DNA of 64,000 bases from Candidatus Anstonellales archaeon. GTDB taxonomy: Archaea; Micrarchaeota; Micrarchaeia; Anstonellales; J096. This document shows, piece by piece, positions 7,696-15,982 of this stretch. Below the pieces are notes generated by a model, which worked only from the letters and a program-made list of their open reading frames with translations, was not told where the DNA came from and did not search any database. Location: NCBI GenBank assembly GCA_038890745.1, contig JAWAFD010000002.1:163327-227326 (forward strand). Reading direction: 5' to 3'. How positions within the stretch are numbered: position 1 is the stretch's first letter; the number at the start of each line of letters is the position of its first letter. The translations under genes were made by a program, and so were the position numbers.

Positions 7696-9848
7696 TACAC
7701 CCTCTTCATTTCTTCAAGGCACCATGCCTTCCATCTCTCAAATACCCTAGTTGCATCAACGCTTCCATGCTCCACTCTTTCTTCCTCCATTATTTTGTGC
7801 AGCGCAGAATTGCTCGCTACAACAAAAGGCGCTTCGAGGATCTTTTCGTTTTTATAGCTAGCCGCAAAATCAACAAGCGCTCTTTTAACCTTTGCCCTAA
7901 GTTTTATGTTGTCCATGATTTTTGAATAATCCGTCCACCCAGCAACCCTTTCGCCTATTGCTTTCAAAACCTCACTCTCTCCATTCAGCAGCACGTCCGT
8001 TGGTACAAGACTGTCCTTGTCTGCATCATAAACCATTAAATCCGCAAACCCCATCTCCTCAATCGGGTCCGATTTCCAGTGCTTCCTTACCTCAGTAATT
8101 CTCGTCACCCTTCTGAGTTTTTCCAATCCATCTGGTGTTTTTATCGGATTCGCGATCACGATCAAATCTATTGCTTTAAATGATGTTGGCGGGACTTCCA
8201 GATCATTTACAACCCTGTCAAAAATCCCATATGGGCTTTCACCATGTATGGTTCCTGCAACAACATTCGCAAGCGCACCTACTCTCATAGCCTCATAAAG
8301 CGCCTTTGCTTCTTTGCTTCTCACCTCACCAACAATCAGGCATGAATCTCCGAGCCTCAACGCTGCTTTAATCCCATCCTCAGCGCTCATCTCACTTCCT
8401 TCAACGCTCAGCGCGCTCTTTACTTTGAGCGATAGGATGTCATACCCGAGCTCCTCCATTACCTTTACAGGAAGCTCGAGCGTGTCTTCTATTGTTACTA
8501 TCCTGTATTTTTTCATTATCTCAAGCATGCTCGCTCCAAGGAGGGAGGTTTTTCCTGCGCTTCTAGACCCTCCAAAAAGAATGCACCTTCCATTATCTAT
8601 CGCGAAGCTGAGAAGGCCTGCGGCCATTTCGTTCATCATCCCTTCCCTTACAAAAAGCGGAAATGTCCATGGTTTTTCTCTATGTTTTCTTATTGCAAAC
8701 GCAAGCCCACCGGTGCTAAGCGGTTTATGAACAGAAGCAATCCTTGCACTCAGGCCCGGAATGTTTATAGTTGTATCGAGAACAGGGTTTGCCTGGTCCA
8801 GAGGTCTACCACTCTCCAACTTAAGCTTTGTCGCCCAGTTCACAACCTCCTCAACATTCGGAATGATATTGCTGTCGCACTCCTCCCATTTCTCATGGAA
8901 TATTGCTATTCCCCTTTCACCTGGATTTATGTTTACATCCTGAACATATGGGTCGTGCAGAATAGATTCTATAACACCAAACCCGATCGTCGCCCTTGTG
9001 ATAATGCTCGCTAATTTATCCGCATCCTCAACCTTCAAATTCAATTTCAGCTCCTCTATTTTTGCTATCACCCTATCCCTTACATACTCATATATCGCTT
9101 CCCTTGCTTCTGTGCTTTCAAGTATCTCAGCTCTTGGGTCCTTTATAACCTCTTCCCTTATTTCACTCACAAGCCTGTGCTCCATGTCCCCAAGCATGAT
9201 CTCCGGCGGAGTCAGGTGATAATAATATTTTATTTCATTCCCCATTTTGAATATCCTAACCTTTGCCCCATCCCTCAGCTCATACTCATCCACAAGCTTT
9301 CCATTCGCTGGAAATGTTGTTCTGAACCTAGTTAGAGAAAAAGAAGGCCTTTCTGTTGGCGAGAAAATTTGCAGGTATATCCCTCGGTCCCCTGCTTTGT
9401 ATCCAACGAGCTCCTTCTGCACTTTCTTTATTATGTCTGTCTCTTCCAATCTTTGCAGGGTTGGGTCTATGAGCTCATCAATAATCCATTTTTTGCAGGA
9501 GCAGTTTCCTATCACAACCCTTTGCTTAAGCCTCTTCATGAAAACATAAACCCCTACTGGGTCGTCTGCAATCTCCCTTATTTTATTGAAAAATACTCTT
9601 ATATCTTCACATGAGCAGTCCTTTGGTGGTGTCTTTCCCTTCAGCTCTGCTGAAAGAGTCTTTATCTTCCTTGCTAAGTCCTTTATCAACCGTGTATCCT
9701 CCAAACCATACTCCACAATCGTTTTTCCTTCTATGATTATTTTTGTTGCCCCAAAATCCTTTGCAATCCTATCTACAACCTCTCCGAACAATCTGGCGTC
9801 CTTTTCTATGGTTTTTCCGCTTTCCGTTGCTTTTATTACTATCTCCAT
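7692..9848 (-). CDS. type II/IV secretion-family ATPase (FlaI/PilB/VirB11-like) with a long N-terminal extension
   Basis: 718 aa. Walker A is FGGSRSAGKTSLLGA, Walker B-like is DSCLIVGEVR, and the His-box-like segment is VAGTIHGESP. AGGTGGGGG lies just upstream of the ATG. Confidence 0.9.
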   Translation of the reverse strand: MEIVIKATESGKTIEKDARLFGEVVDRIAKDFGATKIIIEGKTIVEYGLEDTRLIKDLARKIKTLSAELKGKTPPKDCSCEDIRVFFNKIREIADDPVGVYVFMKRLKQRVVIGNCSCKKWIIDELIDPTLQRLEETDIIKKVQKELVGYKAGDRGIYLQIFSPTERPSFSLTRFRTTFPANGKLVDEYELRDGAKVRIFKMGNEIKYYYHLTPPEIMLGDMEHRLVSEIREEVIKDPRAEILESTEAREAIYEYVRDRVIAKIEELKLNLKVEDADKLASIITRATIGFGVIESILHDPYVQDVNINPGERGIAIFHEKWEECDSNIIPNVEEVVNWATKLKLESGRPLDQANPVLDTTINIPGLSARIASVHKPLSTGGLAFAIRKHREKPWTFPLFVREGMMNEMAAGLLSFAIDNGRCILFGGSRSAGKTSLLGASMLEIMKKYRIVTIEDTLELPVKVMEELGYDILSLKVKSALSVEGSEMSAEDGIKAALRLGDSCLIVGEVRSKEAKALYEAMRVGALANVVAGTIHGESPYGIFDRVVNDLEVPPTSFKAIDLIVIANPIKTPDGLEKLRRVTRITEVRKHWKSDPIEEMGFADLMVYDADKDSLVPTDVLLNGESEVLKAIGERVAGWTDYSKIMDNIKLRAKVKRALVDFAASYKNEKILEAPFVVASNSALHKIMEEERVEHGSVDATRVFERWKAWCLEEMKRVY

Positions 9849-9909
9849 TCCCCCACCTTTTCAAAACCACATTGTTTTAGCTATTGCAATATTTTGATGC
9901 CAACTTAAT

Positions 9910-11415
9910 TTAAATGTTTCTAAGTAAAGACAGGGCATCATTGATGTCATTCAATAAGTTTCCGTTGCTTTCTCTTGATGCGATTTCAAGAAGAGTAATG
10001 ATGCGTTCTTTGGTATTTTCATCCATCTCTGAAACTTCTGTTGAGAATACATACCCGCACAGGATTCTTGGATAATGGATGCTCGATAGTGGCACATTTT
10101 CCATAAGATTTTCAAAGAGCTTTTTTGCTTCCTTCCTTCTTTCCATATCTTTTAAAGCATACGCCATTATAGTATTTGCCAGGACATATGTTTCATCTGT
10201 GTATACTTTGAATGGATAGGTCTCTAAGAATTTTGAGATTTCTTGGACTACAGCCCATCTTTTTTCCTTCTGTTTTCTTAGAGCCTCCATTTTGATCAAA
10301 AATATTTTGGGATTTGTTTTTATATGGTGCGGTGCTTTAGATACTACATCCTCAACATCCTTGAACCTGTTTAGCAAGTAATAAAGCGAGCAGATCGTAG
10401 TGTAAGTTACAACATCAGCAATCCTATTCTTCACAGCTTCCTCAAACACCTCCCTAGCCTCCTCTACCATTCCCCTCTTCCCATACGCATCAATCATAGT
10501 GTTATAGGTTACAACATTAGCAATCCCCTTCTTCACAGCTTCCTCAAACACCTCCCTAGCCTCCTCTACTCTTCCATTCTTCCCATACGCATCAATCATA
10601 GCAGTGTAAGTTACAACATCAGCAATCCTATTCTTCACAGCTTCCTCAAACACCTCCCTAGCCTCTTCTACTCTTCCATTCTTCCCATACGCATCAATCA
10701 TAGCAGTGTAAGTTACAACATCAGCAATCCTATTCTTCACAGCTTCCTCAAACACCTCCCTAGCCTCCTCTACTCTTCCATTCTTCCCATACGCATCAAT
10801 CATAGTGTTATAAGTTACAACATCAGCAATCCTATTCTTCACAGCTTCCTCAAACACCTCCCTAGCCTCCTCTACTCTTCCATTCTTCCCATACGCATCA
10901 ATCATAGCAGTGTAAGTTACAACATCAGCAATCCTATTCTTCACAGCTTCCTCAAACACCTCCCTAGCCTCCTCTACCATTCCCCTCTTCCCATACGCAT
11001 CAATCATAGAATTATAGGTTACAACATCAGCAATCCTATTCTTCACAGCTTCCTCAAACACCTCCCTAGCCTCCTCTACCATTCCCCTCTTCCCATACGC
11101 ATCAATCATAGAATTATAGGTTACAACATTAGCAATCCTATTCTCCACAGCTTCCTCAAACACCTCCCTAGCCAAGTCGATGTTGATTTTGCCTAAGAGT
11201 TTTATTTTGTAGGTTATTGCAAAAACATTGTTTGGATTTGATTTGAGAATCTCATCAATTTTATTCAATGCTTCATAGATTCTGCCCTGTTTTTCAAGGT
11301 TCTTCGCTTCTCGCATGAGTCGTTTTGGGTTTTTGTTTTCATCGAGCGGGTCAGGCCACTGACCCCGACCGTGATGGCTATGCCTTGCATTTCCTGGCTT
11401 TCTGAATCCCCTCAT
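9910..11415 (-). CDS. helical-repeat protein with seven near-identical 34-aa PPR-like (TPR-length) repeats
   Basis: The repeat is VVTYN(S/T)MIDAYGK(R/N)G(M/R)VEEAREVFEEAVKNRIA(D/N). The likely start is ATG at 11415 (MRGFRKPGNARH..), because the ORF-track extension to 11484 runs through an AT-rich promoter-like region. Confidence 0.75.
   Translation of the reverse strand: MRGFRKPGNARHSHHGRGQWPDPLDENKNPKRLMREAKNLEKQGRIYEALNKIDEILKSNPNNVFAITYKIKLLGKINIDLAREVFEEAVENRIANVVTYNSMIDAYGKRGMVEEAREVFEEAVKNRIADVVTYNSMIDAYGKRGMVEEAREVFEEAVKNRIADVVTYTAMIDAYGKNGRVEEAREVFEEAVKNRIADVVTYNTMIDAYGKNGRVEEAREVFEEAVKNRIADVVTYTAMIDAYGKNGRVEEAREVFEEAVKNRIADVVTYTAMIDAYGKNGRVEEAREVFEEAVKKGIANVVTYNTMIDAYGKRGMVEEAREVFEEAVKNRIADVVTYTTICSLYYLLNRFKDVEDVVSKAPHHIKTNPKIFLIKMEALRKQKEKRWAVVQEISKFLETYPFKVYTDETYVLANTIMAYALKDMERRKEAKKLFENLMENVPLSSIHYPRILCGYVFSTEVSEMDENTKERIITLLEIASRESNGNLLNDINDALSLLRNI
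10423..11136. repeat. tandem array, 7 x 102 bp, near-identical at the DNA level (degenerate units flank it on both sides)
   Basis: The string TCACAGCTTCCTCAAACACCTCCCTAGCCTC recurs with a 102-bp period (e.g. 10431, 10533, ...). Unit boundaries were verified by back-translation (IAD codons at 10420-10422). Confidence 0.9.
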
Positions 11416-11473
11416 GATTTTATTGTGTATAAAAATGTTTAAAAATATATATACTTTTTTCCCATTAAAAAGA

Positions 11474-11482
11474 TTTTTAAAC
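11474..11482 (+). promoter_or_regulatory. TATA-box-like TTTTTAAAC upstream of the 11511 gene; the mirror TATA (ATTTTTAAACA on the minus strand, ~11436-11446) serves the divergent PPR-like gene
   Basis: The motif lies ~30 nt upstream of the ATG, with AGGGGGAG SD-like sequence at 11501-11508. The same TTTTTAAAC-type box recurs upstream of many genes in the window. Confidence 0.45.
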
Positions 11483-11510
11483 ACTTTCTACTACAGCAAT
11501 AGGGGGAGAG

Positions 11511-12563
11511 ATGAAAATAATAAAAAACAATGTGGTTCCGTACTATTCTTCTTACGATCAGGATAGAGTACCCATCAGCGCATGTATTGCTATGATCAGA
11601 GAAATAAGAAAAAGAGGGTATGATGTTGAGATAAGCGAAATAAGCAAAAAAGCGGTCGAGAGGATAGCATCGTGGGATAGATGGAAGTGGTACGAAGAAG
11701 CGGCCGCGTTAGGTTTTTTTTATATTCAGAAAAAAGGAGTTTTTCAAATTTACGACGAGATTTATAAGAAAATAAAAGAGCGATATAAAGAAAAAAGAAA
11801 ATTTATGAATATAGTAGGTTTGTATTGGTTAAAATATTTTTATTCCAAGTCTGAGGATGGCTATATTCTAAAACCAAGAGAGGAGGTAATCGAGATCCTG
11901 AGGTCTTTACCATGCAATGTTTATGATGATATAACAAAAAGAGTCTTTCCAGAAACAGAGAAGCAAAAAAAACTGAGAGAAATCATTGCAGAGTATCTGG
12001 CTTTGGGAAACCGATACATTCCTTTACACAAGCTTTTTGAGATGTTTGAAGCAGCTGGTTATTCTGGTTCCACCAATTCCCGTCTCCATATCCGCAAGGT
12101 TATACGCGGTATTAGTAGTAGAATTGGCACGGAAATTTTGATACTTAACAAAAATGAAGAGTTAAGGTTCTTACTTGAAAGGGAGCTTGCTGAATACTCA
12201 AAAAAATTTGGCGCGAAAATTACAAAGAGAGAACTTATGAAGCTTTCCGAGAGAGTAGGATACTCAAGGTATACCTTTCAAAAGGCGTCCTATACCCAGC
12301 TTAAAGCCCTCTGCCCCATGATCGGTGAAAAAATAATCCTTGTCAGCCCGGAGGTAAGACGAAAAGAAATCATCCATCTTTTTGAAACCGGGAAAATCAC
12401 TCCTCAGGAAGCTGCAGAGATTCTGTCCACAATATTCCTATTCAATGAAAATAGAATGAAAATTCTTGAGTATCTGCTTGAGTATAAAAGGTTAAACCGT
12501 GCGTTTCCCCGTCATCCCACATCAATGGAAAGAAAAATAATTCATTCTGTTTTGGTGTCATAA
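11511..12563 (+). CDS. hypothetical protein (350 aa, helical, K/E/R-rich)
   Basis: Long ORF with an SD and a TATA-like box. No motif recognised. Confidence 0.65.
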   Translation: MKIIKNNVVPYYSSYDQDRVPISACIAMIREIRKRGYDVEISEISKKAVERIASWDRWKWYEEAAALGFFYIQKKGVFQIYDEIYKKIKERYKEKRKFMNIVGLYWLKYFYSKSEDGYILKPREEVIEILRSLPCNVYDDITKRVFPETEKQKKLREIIAEYLALGNRYIPLHKLFEMFEAAGYSGSTNSRLHIRKVIRGISSRIGTEILILNKNEELRFLLERELAEYSKKFGAKITKRELMKLSERVGYSRYTFQKASYTQLKALCPMIGEKIILVSPEVRRKEIIHLFETGKITPQEAAEILSTIFLFNENRMKILEYLLEYKRLNRAFPRHPTSMERKIIHSVLVS

Positions 12564-12617
12564 TCGGATAAGATATGTTTTAATATCTTTCTGCGCATAA
12601 TATTGTTCGGTGAGCAA

Positions 12618-12986
12618 ATGGCCGATCTGTTTTCATCTTCGAAGAAATCAAAGTATGAAGACCCATACCTTAGTTTGAAAACAACTGTTGAACTTCTACT
12701 CGACAGGATAGCAAGCTGCGAAAAAAGGATAGAGGCGATAGATGAGAAGCAGGAGCTTGTCTTCCGTGAGCTTTCAAGGCTTTCAGAAGAAGTTGATGCT
12801 TCAAAGAGGCAGAGCGCAAGCAAGCATGATGAGCTAAACGGGAAGTTAAAAACGCTCGGCCTGGAATACGCAAACCTAAAATCCACGATTCTGGAGCTTA
12901 AAAGGGAGCTTAACGAGAAAGCGAAAATAGATGACCTTGCGGAGATAAAAAACTATATAAGTATAAAAAAGGGTGAGAGAGAATGA
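12618..12986 (+). CDS. coiled-coil protein
   Basis: ATG at 12618 (MADLFSSSKK..). The sequence is heptad-rich, and its stop overlaps the next gene's start by 4 nt. Confidence 0.6.
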   Translation: MADLFSSSKKSKYEDPYLSLKTTVELLLDRIASCEKRIEAIDEKQELVFRELSRLSEEVDASKRQSASKHDELNGKLKTLGLEYANLKSTILELKRELNEKAKIDDLAEIKNYISIKKGERE

Positions 12987-14023
12987 TAGAATTAATTCTT
13001 GCAGGTGTTGCGGTTATAGGTGTTGGGTATGCGCTTTATAAAATATCAGAAATAGATGCAGTTACAAAAAAGATTGCCATGCCTGTAAATGAAATGGAGC
13101 AACTTGAAAAAAGGCTCATAAAATTAAGGGAGGACTTCAACAACCTTCTTGCTGAATACGGGGATGTAGGCCAGGTTTCCGTGAGGCTCAAGCGTCTTGA
13201 GGATAAGCAGCTGGAGATAAGCGCGGAGTTTAAGGAGTTTGATGGAAAGCTGAACTCTTTTGGGGATGAGTTTTCAAAAGTTGAGAAGATGTTCGAGAAT
13301 TTTGGTGATAGGCAGGGCGAGGCAGAGGGAAGGCTCTCTGAGCTTGAGGCTGACATCGCTCAGCTCAGCCAGATAGCAAAAAGACTCACTGCATTTGAGG
13401 AAAGCGTGATGAGGCTTGAGGCTTTCAACGCTCAGCTTTCGGACGAAGCGAAAAGAATAGACTCGGATATGAGAAACATGAAGGACAAGCTGGAAGAGAT
13501 GAAATTTATAGTTGGCAGCTTGCAATCCTTTAAGAAAGAGCTGAGCGAATCCACAACAGCAATCGGGAACAAAACCGGTGAGCTTGAGAGAAGGATGCAG
13601 AAAATAGAAGCATTCTTTGAATACGCAAAGGATATCGAGAGAAGCGTCCGGGCTATGAGTGCGAAGTTTGATGCATTCGACAAATCAAAGAGTTTGATGT
13701 TTGACCTTCTCACAAAAACAAGGGAGGAGGTAAAGGAGATAAGCGAGCAGATGAAATCCGTGCGCGCCCCGGTTGTTTACAAGATTCTGAAAAACATAGA
13801 AAGCGATGTTTCAAAACACGAGAGGTCTGTCAATGACCTCTCCTATGAAGTTTCCCTCCTAAGGGCAAGGCTTCAGGAGATGCAGGCAAAATACTCAGAA
13901 CTCGTGAGCCCTGATGCATTCCAACTGCTCACATACGAAAAAGACATCCAGCGCCTAAACAGCAGGCTTGATGAAATCCAGCAGACGCTCGCCAATATAG
14001 AAGAGGATGCGAAAGAGCTGTAA
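12983..14023 (+). CDS. N-terminally membrane-anchored coiled-coil protein
   Basis: MIELILAGVAVIGVGYALYKI is a TM helix, followed by ~320 aa of E/K/L-rich coiled coil. Confidence 0.7.
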   Translation: MIELILAGVAVIGVGYALYKISEIDAVTKKIAMPVNEMEQLEKRLIKLREDFNNLLAEYGDVGQVSVRLKRLEDKQLEISAEFKEFDGKLNSFGDEFSKVEKMFENFGDRQGEAEGRLSELEADIAQLSQIAKRLTAFEESVMRLEAFNAQLSDEAKRIDSDMRNMKDKLEEMKFIVGSLQSFKKELSESTTAIGNKTGELERRMQKIEAFFEYAKDIERSVRAMSAKFDAFDKSKSLMFDLLTKTREEVKEISEQMKSVRAPVVYKILKNIESDVSKHERSVNDLSYEVSLLRARLQEMQAKYSELVSPDAFQLLTYEKDIQRLNSRLDEIQQTLANIEEDAKEL

Positions 14024-14038
14024 AACAAAAATAAAACA

Positions 14039-14164
14039 CTATCTCCAATTTTTTTCCTTCAGAATTTCCACAGCTCTCTTTATCTCCAAGAGCTCCTTTC
14101 TTGTGCTCTCAAGCTCTGCTTTTAATTCTTCTATCTTTTTGTTTAGGTCTTTTTTCTCCACCAT
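14039..14164 (-). CDS. possible unannotated 41-aa coiled-coil micro-protein (MVEKKDLNKKIEELKAELESTRKELLEIKRAVEILKEKNWR)
   Basis: Hand-translated. It starts 17 nt downstream of the 14182-14508 ORF on the same strand, falls below the ORF-track length cutoff, and has only a weak SD. Confidence 0.3.
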   Translation of the reverse strand: MVEKKDLNKKIEELKAELESTRKELLEIKRAVEILKEKNWR

Positions 14165-14181
14165 TCTCTCGCCTTACGTTG

Positions 14182-14508
14182 CTATTTCTTTCCTCTTTTT
14201 TTCTCAAGTTTTTCAGAGAGGATTTTGCTCACGCTTTTTAACTGGCCGTTTATCTCGCCCAACCTTTTGTTTATCTCACTCAGCTGCTCTGCAGAGCCAA
14301 TCTTCTGTTTGTCCATGAGCCTTTTTAACTCAGCCATATCTGCTTTCAGCTCGTTCTGCGTTTCTATGAGTTCTGCTTTCAGCATCTCCAGCTCACTTAT
14401 TCTCTTATCATACTCCTTGAGCTTCTCAACGATCGCAAGCTCTGTAATCCTGTATATCTCATCCTTAAGCTCCTCCCCTATAAGTTTCTGTAAATCCTTG
14501 TCTGCCAT
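14182..14508 (-). CDS. small coiled-coil protein
   Basis: 108 aa, E/K/L-rich. GGGGTG SD-like and GTTATAAAAC TATA-like sequences lie upstream on the minus strand. Confidence 0.6.
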   Translation of the reverse strand: MADKDLQKLIGEELKDEIYRITELAIVEKLKEYDKRISELEMLKAELIETQNELKADMAELKRLMDKQKIGSAEQLSEINKRLGEINGQLKSVSKILSEKLEKKRGKK

Positions 14509-14613
14509 ATTTACACCCCGTGTTAAGTTTTATAACAAAACTAATTTAAACCCTTTCCTTTGCTCTAATAGAAAAATTTATAAATCTTCAATGTAAGTTT
14601 AAAAACGATCCCC

Positions 14614-15153
14614 ATGCCAGAAGCCGGAAAGGAGTGCGAGTTATACCGGCTAATTGTTATGCGGTATAAGGAGCTAATAGAAAAAAGCGAGGATAAAACG
14701 ATAACTGAAGTACGTGCTATGATTTCGCCGTACAATGAATTTATACAGAAAAAGAAAGCTGAACTTCTTTCAGATTTCCCTTCGTATGATCCAGAAAAGG
14801 ACTTTTTCTCAATTGCGCAGAAAGCAATAGAATACATAAAAGGTATAGAAAATATAGAAATGCCGGTGAAATTCTGGTTGAGTTTTGAGGAGTTGGATAG
14901 GCTTAGGGCCGGTAATGTTTACAACCAATCCATCCTTCTTGCATCCCTTTTCCGCGCTCTTGATGGAAAGGATGTTCTTGTGTACGCAACAGAAAAAGGG
15001 AATTTCTATGTTGGCTTTTCCTGGCAGGGATTAAGGTATGCCGTCAACCCGGAAAACGGAGCGATGTTCATAGGTGAGGATGTCTCAAAACTTTTTCAGG
15101 AAGACAGGCCGATGTATGCATTTTCTGATTTGGTTTTTGAATCATTTGATTAA
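14614..15153 (+). CDS. hypothetical protein, possibly an inactivated transglutaminase-like fold
   Basis: GNVYNQSILLASLFRALDGKDVLVYATEKGNFYVGFSWQGLRYAVNPENG follows the spacing of the transglutaminase-core pattern (G-x-C..f..l.Ra.G...R.v.......HaW.e......dP), but the Cys/His/Asp positions are replaced. Confidence 0.4.
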   Translation: MPEAGKECELYRLIVMRYKELIEKSEDKTITEVRAMISPYNEFIQKKKAELLSDFPSYDPEKDFFSIAQKAIEYIKGIENIEMPVKFWLSFEELDRLRAGNVYNQSILLASLFRALDGKDVLVYATEKGNFYVGFSWQGLRYAVNPENGAMFIGEDVSKLFQEDRPMYAFSDLVFESFD

Positions 15154-15575
15154 AGATCTGAAAATATCTCTTCGGGCTCTTTTCTGAATTTTATTCCTTT
15201 ATCGATTATGATATCTTTCCTTTTTACCGCCCTCTCAAATACTTTTTTGTATTTCTCGAAATTGTTTTTTCCTACTAGTACAACGCCATCCTTTAAGCAT
15301 TCCCAAACAATCGGGTTGTACTGCTTGAGTAAGGATTCAAATTCTTTTGTGGTGTAGCAAATCGGCTCGATAGAAGTTTTTCCCTTCCAAAAGTCCATTA
15401 CAGAAGCTATTCTTTCAAAGAAATTCTGCCCAAAATCATCCGAAACGAAGAGAATGTCATAATCGCTTGAGATAAGATTGTCCCCCCTTGCCCTAGACCC
15501 AAACAAAACAGCAAAATTCAGTTTATATTTTTTATCAACTTTGTTTACGAACTCTATAATTTTTCTTTCGACCAT
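15150..15575 (-). CDS. minimal nucleotidyltransferase (MNT) domain protein
   Basis: FAVLFGSRARGDNLISSDYDILFV fits G-S-x10-D-x-D. It overlaps the upstream HEPN gene. Confidence 0.8.
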   Translation of the reverse strand: MVERKIIEFVNKVDKKYKLNFAVLFGSRARGDNLISSDYDILFVSDDFGQNFFERIASVMDFWKGKTSIEPICYTTKEFESLLKQYNPIVWECLKDGVVLVGKNNFEKYKKVFERAVKRKDIIIDKGIKFRKEPEEIFSDL

Positions 15576-15931
15576 TCAAGCACCTTTTTTGCTTTTTTCA
15601 ACAAATTTTTTGCGGTTTCTTCTGTGTATATCTCAAAGGGTGCCCCTCCGATCGCATCCGGGTAGCGGGATGTTATGTAATGCGGGGTTAGGTCTCTGCA
15701 TGCAAGCGATATATCCAATGGCGCATTCAATAGTTCAGCATACTCGCGGAGGTTGTGGGTCTTTGGAGGCATCTCTTTTAGTTTTTCGTATGCAACTGCT
15801 TTGAGTGCTTTTTCAGCAACCTGATGGGAAAGGAAAGAAACAAGGTCATATGCCTCCTCCTTCAAAAGTTTTTCAGCATTATGTAAATCAACCTCGGCCT
15901 GCTTTATCAGGTATTCGCTCTCCTTTCTCAT
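15554..15931 (-). CDS. HEPN domain protein
   Basis: 125 aa, helical. ..KTHNLREYAELL.. and ..LTPHYITSRYPDA.. match the classical HEPN (PF05168-type) signature. It is paired with the MNT gene. Confidence 0.75.
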   Translation of the reverse strand: MRKESEYLIKQAEVDLHNAEKLLKEEAYDLVSFLSHQVAEKALKAVAYEKLKEMPPKTHNLREYAELLNAPLDISLACRDLTPHYITSRYPDAIGGAPFEIYTEETAKNLLKKAKKVLEWSKEKL

Positions 15932-15982
15932 ACTCCTTTTTCACAAAAAACAAATATAAACTTTTCCTTCGAATTTTTGGTG

